64,000 nucleotides of DNA from Candidatus Omnitrophota bacterium (lineage in GTDB: Bacteria > Ratteibacteria > UBA8468 > MWAK01). Shown piece by piece: positions 59,535-64,000 of the stretch (positions within the stretch are counted from its first letter, which is position 1; each line of letters opens with the position of its first letter). The position numbers and the translations under genes are program-made. Under the pieces are notes generated by a model. That model made no database searches. It had not been told where the DNA came from and saw only the letters and a list, made by a program, of their open reading frames with translations. Where the stretch lies: NCBI GenBank assembly GCA_043826355.1, contig JBDRQI010000009.1:1-64000 (forward strand), in the 5' to 3' direction.

Positions 59535-60716
59535 ATGAAACCGCAAAGCGTCTACGCTTTATTAAAGCAGATTCCCCGGGGCAGGGTTACAACCTACGGC
59601 GCCATCGCCCGCGTCTTAAAAGAGCCGAAAGCCGTCCGACGGGTCGGTCAAATCCTGAAACAGAATCCCCGACCGATAAAAATGCCCTGCCACCGGGTCG
59701 TCCGCTCCGATGGCAAAGTCGGCGGATACTGCGGAAGCAGTCCGGCCGATATCAAGAAAAAGATAACGCTCCTTAAATCCGAAGGGATTGAATTCAAAAA
59801 CGGAAAAGAGGTGCGCGTCTTTCCGTTGCGCCGTTTCCTCTACACCGGCTTATTGTCTGCATTTCTTTTGCTTACAGCCCATTTTTCTTCCGCCGAAGAG
59901 ACCGTTCCGGCAAAGATTAACCCGGGAATTCTACCCCTGGCGGGCGAACCAACAACCTATACGGTGCAGGAAGGCGATTTTCTTTTTCTTGTTGCGCGCC
60001 GTTATGGCATCGGTTACCCCGCAATTGTCCGGGCCAACCGGATTATTGACCCGAACAAAATTTTTATAAACCAAAAACTCATCCTTCCCAAAGAGGCGAT
60101 CGTCCCAAAAGTTGTCAGCCAGGGCATCATCATTAACCTTCCCGAATACCGGCTATACCTTTTCAGCGGAGGAACGTTAACGGGAATATACCCGGTGGCA
60201 ATCGGCCTGCCGACCTGGCAGACGCCAACCGGTGAATTCACGGTTTTCAACAAGGTAAAAGACCCGGCCTGGTATATGCCCCCGGAGATAGCCAGGAGAG
60301 AGAACGTGGAAAGGGAGATAATCCCGGCCGGTCCCAACAATCCCCTGGGCGACCGCTGGATTGGAACCTCAATCAAGCATACCGGTATTCACGGCACCAA
60401 CCAGCCGATGTCAATCGGTAAATCATTAAGCCACGGATGTATCCGCCTGTACCCGGAGGACATCCAGAAGGTCTTTGATGCGGTGGGTGTGGGCGACCCG
60501 GGCGAATTTCTTTACGAACCGGTCAAAATCACTGTCCATAATCGGGAAATAATCATTGAAGTACATCCCGATATTTACAGCCTGATACCCGACACGGAAA
60601 AATTGGCCAGAGAAAAAATAGGGAAACTTAACCTGTCGGAAAAGATTGACTCGGAAAAATTAGAGAGAGCAATTAAAAATTCATCCGGGGTCCCGGTACG
60701 AATCAATCTGGACTAA
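59535..60716 (+). CDS. Fusion: MGMT/Ogt DNA-binding domain + signal/TM segment + LysM + L,D-transpeptidase (YkuD)
   Basis: IPRGRVTTYG, PCHRVV; FLYTGLLSAFLLLTAHFSSA; YTVQEGD; IINLPE, GPNNPLG, IHGT, SHGCIRL. Confidence 0.85.
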   Translation: MKPQSVYALLKQIPRGRVTTYGAIARVLKEPKAVRRVGQILKQNPRPIKMPCHRVVRSDGKVGGYCGSSPADIKKKITLLKSEGIEFKNGKEVRVFPLRRFLYTGLLSAFLLLTAHFSSAEETVPAKINPGILPLAGEPTTYTVQEGDFLFLVARRYGIGYPAIVRANRIIDPNKIFINQKLILPKEAIVPKVVSQGIIINLPEYRLYLFSGGTLTGIYPVAIGLPTWQTPTGEFTVFNKVKDPAWYMPPEIARRENVEREIIPAGPNNPLGDRWIGTSIKHTGIHGTNQPMSIGKSLSHGCIRLYPEDIQKVFDAVGVGDPGEFLYEPVKITVHNREIIIEVHPDIYSLIPDTEKLAREKIGKLNLSEKIDSEKLERAIKNSSGVPVRINLD

Positions 60717-60723
60717 CCGCGCG

Positions 60724-60753
60724 TTGACGGCGGGATAACGGAAAAGATATAAT
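60724..60753 (+). promoter_or_regulatory. sigma70 promoter of tRNA-Ala
   Basis: TTGACG, 18 nt, TATAAT. Confidence 0.7.
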
Positions 60754-60766
60754 TTAGGAAGTTATC

Positions 60767-60839
<73 letters not shown>

Positions 60840-60944
60840 CTTCGGTTCGAATGGAGTCGATGGGAGCGAAGTCAGGCAAAGCGACTGATTAAGGAGCGTT
60901 GCCAGCGGGTGGCCGACCCGAGGCGAAGTGAAAGCCGAGGGCGC

Positions 60945-60965
60945 CGACTCCCTTATCCTCCACCA
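60945..60965 (+). repeat. Duplicate of the tRNA-Ala 3' end, this copy ending in CCA
   Basis: CGACTCCCTTATCCTCCAC identical to 60822-60840. Confidence 0.92.
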
Positions 60966-60968
60966 CTC

Positions 60969-61136
60969 GGATTATCTTTTTTGACACACGCGCTGCGTGT
61001 CAGGCAAAACCTACGCAACGAGGAGACGAGACTCGCCGTGTTCTCGCCAAGAAAAATGGCGAGCCACGGCTACTCATCTCCTCGTAATGCTTGTTTTGCA
61101 CTGCCCCTACGCGAAGTGTGACAAAAGAGATAATCC
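60969..61136. repeat. About 170-bp imperfect hairpin (MITE-like)
   Basis: Nested arms GGATTATCT/AGATAATCC, GCAAAAC/GTTTTGC, ACGAGGAGA/TCTCCTCGT, GCCGTG/CACGGC, CTCGCCA/TGGCGAG. Confidence 0.8.
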
Positions 61137-61160
61137 TCGCTCAATTTTTTCCCTATAATT

Positions 61161-61373
61161 ATGAAGGTGTATCTGGCGTTTCTGGCGGCGCTGGCGCTGG
61201 CTTTCCTCCTTTTAATGCACAACATCCGGGGCCTGCGCACCGAAAAGGTGCTTAAAGAAGGGGCGGTCTGGCAGGAGGTGCACATCGTTTGGGACTGGAA
61301 TAAGATGGCCGCCTGGGGCAAAGAAAACTGGCCCTTTCAAAAACTGAAGCAGGAACAAAAAGAGAAAAAATGA
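61161..61373 (+). CDS. Small membrane-anchored hypothetical protein
   Basis: Hydrophobic N-terminus, ATGA overlap with nfo. Confidence 0.55.
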   Translation: MKVYLAFLAALALAFLLLMHNIRGLRTEKVLKEGAVWQEVHIVWDWNKMAAWGKENWPFQKLKQEQKEKK

Positions 61374-62209
61374 AATTCGGCCTTCACATCTCCATCGCCG
61401 GAAAGATTTACGAGGCGGTTGACCGCGCCGCCGCTCTCTCCTGCGACACCTTCCAGATATTTTCACGCAACCCCAGGGGCTGGACGGCTAAAGTTCTGGA
61501 AGAACCGGAAACAGCGGAATTCCGTCAAAGGCGTACAAATTCAGGGATTGCGCCGGTTGCGGTCCATATCCCGTACCTGATAAACCTCGGCTCGCCGGAA
61601 GAAACTCTCTACCAAAAATCTATCCGGGCTTATACTGAAGACATCCGGCGGGCAGACCTCCTGGGCGCCGAATACTTTGTCACCCACCTGGGCAGCCACC
61701 GGGGAAAAGGGGAGGGGTTCGGATTAAAAAGGATTGCGGACGGGCTGCAAACAGCCCTTTCCGAAACCGGACCGAAGCTAAAGGTCTTGCTTGAAAATAC
61801 CGCGGGCAGCGGAGACAGTTTAGGCCATTCCCCGGAACAAATCGCCCGTATCCTGGAGATGGTTCCGGAAGAGAAGCGCCTGGGGCTCTGCCTGGATACC
61901 GCCCACGCCTACGGAGCCGGTTACGACATATCTGACGCAGAAAAGTTGAACGCCTTCCTGGAAAAGATTGAACGGCTTCTGGGAAAGACGCGGCTTTGCC
62001 TTATTCACGCCAATGACTCCAAAGCGGCCTTAGGCAGCCGGGTTGACCGCCACGATGACATCGGCGCGGGACAGATCGGGCTGGACGGTTTCCGGATAAT
62101 CGTTAATCACCCTAAGTTAAAAGCGATACCTTTCATCCTGGAAACACCCAAAAAAGACCCGGATGAGGACGCAAGAAATTTGAAAACAATAAGGTCACTG
62201 GTAAAATGA
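61370..62209 (+). CDS. nfo: Endonuclease IV
   Basis: [50 protein letters not shown]. Confidence 0.96.
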   Translation: MKFGLHISIAGKIYEAVDRAAALSCDTFQIFSRNPRGWTAKVLEEPETAEFRQRRTNSGIAPVAVHIPYLINLGSPEETLYQKSIRAYTEDIRRADLLGAEYFVTHLGSHRGKGEGFGLKRIADGLQTALSETGPKLKVLLENTAGSGDSLGHSPEQIARILEMVPEEKRLGLCLDTAHAYGAGYDISDAEKLNAFLEKIERLLGKTRLCLIHANDSKAALGSRVDRHDDIGAGQIGLDGFRIIVNHPKLKAIPFILETPKKDPDEDARNLKTIRSLVK

Positions 62210-64000
62210 AATACGAACCAACGGAAATTGAAAAGAAATGGCAGGGGTTCTGGGAGGAAAAGAAGGTCTTTCTCACCCGGCCTGAAGGCAGGAAGAACTA
62301 CATCCTGGAGATGTTCCCCTACACCAGCGCCCAGATTCACATGGGCCACGTGCGCAACTACACCATCGGCGATGTTATCGCCCGGCAGAAGATGATGACC
62401 GGTTATTCCCTCCTGCACCCCATCGGCTACGACTCTTTCGGGATGCCGGCGGAGAATGCGGCCATCAAGCAGAAGATTCACCCGGCCGACTGGACCTACC
62501 GGAATGCGGAAACCATCCGGCGCCAGTTAAAACTCCTGGGCCTCTCCTACGATTGGAACCGGGAGGTCATCACCTGCGCCCCGGATTACTACCGCTGGAA
62601 CCAGTACTTTTTTTTGAAACTGCTGGAAAAAGACCTCGCCTACCGCAAAAAATCCATCGCCAACTGGTGCCGTTCCTGCAAAACAATCCTGGCCAACGAA
62701 CAGGTCATCAACGGAAAATGCTGGCGCTGTTCCAGCGAGGTGATTCAGAAAGAACTGGAGCAGTGGTTCTTCCGCATCACCGCCTACGCGGAGGAACTTC
62801 TGGACAATTCCGGACTTACCGGGTGGCCGGAACGGGTGAAGATAATGCAGGCGAACTGGATCGGCAAGAGCATTGGCGTGGAAATATTCTTCCCGGTTCC
62901 GGACCTGAAACAGACCCTCTCGGTCTTTACCACCCGGGCCGACACTATCTTTGGCGCCACCTACGTGGTCCTTTCGCCGGACCATCCGCTGGTAACGGAA
63001 ATTACAGCGGTCTCAAAAAATAAACCGGAAATAGAATCATTCCTGGAGCGGAGCCGGAAAGCCAGAGACCCGGAAGAGATGGTCAAGGAAGGGGTCTTTA
63101 CCGGAATCAAGGCGCGCAACCCGGTCAACAACGAAGAGATACCGCTCTTCCTGGCGAATTACGTTTTAGCCGGATACGGAACCGGCGCCATCATGGCGGT
63201 TCCGGCTCACGACAGCCGTGATTTTGAATTCGCCAAATTATATAAACTCCCTGTCCGGGAAGTGATCCGTCCGCCGGATTCTCCATCCAACAACCCAATT
63301 TGTAGGGGCTCGATTCATCGAGCCCGCGGGTCGGATGAATCCGACCCCTACATTGACGATGTGACACTGCACTCCGCCTACGAAGAACCCGGAGTCCTGG
63401 TTAACTCCGGCAACTTCAGCAGCCTGCCGAGCGAAGAAGCCAAAGAGAAGATTGCCGATTGGATGGAAAAAACCGGTATCGGAAAAAAGACCATCCACTA
63501 CCGGCTGCGTGACTGGTGCATCTCCCGCCAGCGCTACTGGGGCACGCCCATTCCAATCATCTACTGCGAAAAATGCGGGATTGTCCCGGTTCCGGAATCA
63601 GAACTGCCCCTTATTCTGCCCAAAAACGTTGTCATTACCGGCACCGGCGGTTCGCCGTTGGATATAGCATCGTTCGCTGATTGTGCCTGTCCGAAGTGCC
63701 GGGGGAACGGCCGAAGGGAGACCGATACGATGGACACCTTCGTGGACTCCTCCTGGTATTTCCTGCGGTATGCCTCCGGAGATTGGAAAGATAAACCGTT
63801 TGACTCCAAAGAAGTAAATTTTTGGATGCCGGTAGACCAGTATATCGGCGGCATTGAACACGCCATCCTCCATCTTCTTTACAGCCGCTTCTTCGTAAAG
63901 ACCCTGCGCGACCTGGGCCTGGTCGCTTTCCACGAACCGTTCACCAACCTGCTCTGCCAGGGCATGGTCATCAAGGACGGCGCCAAGATGTCCAAGTCCA
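62206..64000 (+). CDS. leuS: Leucine--tRNA ligase (runs off window end)
   Basis: Translated by hand: [54 protein letters not shown] at the window end, in one frame. Confidence 0.97.
   Translation, partial: MKYEPTEIEKKWQGFWEEKKVFLTRPEGRKNYILEMFPYTSAQIHMGHVRNYTIGDVIARQKMMTGYSLLHPIGYDSFGMPAENAAIKQKIHPADWTYRNAETIRRQLKLLGLSYDWNREVITCAPDYYRWNQYFFLKLLEKDLAYRKKSIANWCRSCKTILANEQVINGKCWRCSSEVIQKELEQWFFRITAYAEELLDNSGLTGWPERVKIMQANWIGKSIGVEIFFPVPDLKQTLSVFTTRADTIFGATYVVLSPDHPLVTEITAVSKNKPEIESFLERSRKARDPEEMVKEGVFTGIKARNPVNNEEIPLFLANYVLAGYGTGAIMAVPAHDSRDFEFAKLYKLPVREVIRPPDSPSNNPICRGSIHRARGSDESDPYIDDVTLHSAYEEPGVLVNSGNFSSLPSEEAKEKIADWMEKTGIGKKTIHYRLRDWCISRQRYWGTPIPIIYCEKCGIVPVPESELPLILPKNVVITGTGGSPLDIASFADCACPKCRGNGRRETDTMDTFVDSSWYFLRYASGDWKDKPFDSKEVNFWMPVDQYIGGIEHAILHLLYSRFFVKTLRDLGLVAFHEPFTNLLCQGMVIKDGAKMSKS
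63301..63352. repeat. GTAG-family REP doublet inside leuS
   Basis: TGTAGGGGCTCGATTCATCGAGCCCGCGGGTCGGATGAATCCGACCCCTACA. Confidence 0.93.

Overview
Chromosomal window from an uncultured, diderm, probably anaerobic bacterium. DUF1559/H-X9-DG prepilin-like genes, Mla and LPS genes suggest the PVC/Omnitrophota-Ratteibacteria neighbourhood (inference). Contents: (1) 0.8-24 kb, a large surface-glycan locus with Wzm/Wzt, an AT-rich insert encoding a GT99-like protein with a tandem-repeat coiled coil, rml genes, many glycosyltransferases, two B12-radical SAM genes, a WcaJ-type initiator, an O-antigen-ligase/TPR protein and a TMTC-like GT-C; (2) mla/yacL, hxlB, a UroD-like gene and ygiQ; (3) a 5.1-kb two-gene cassette bracketed by a 63-bp direct repeat that duplicates the 3' end of a DUF1559 gene; (4) a stand-alone 23S rRNA gene (no adjacent 16S or 5S) with three group I introns at about E. 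coli L1917, L2262 and L2500, two encoding LAGLIDADG homing endonucleases; (5) housekeeping and envelope genes (fba, serS, rpsI without rplM, gmhB, a lipid A hexosamine-modification trio, mgtA, two odd gene fusions, tRNA-Ala, nfo, truncated leuS). The most striking unexplained pattern is several families of short palindromic elements found between genes, inside an intron, and in-frame inside about eight protein-coding genes including leuS. All calls come from motif recognition by eye; no searches were run.
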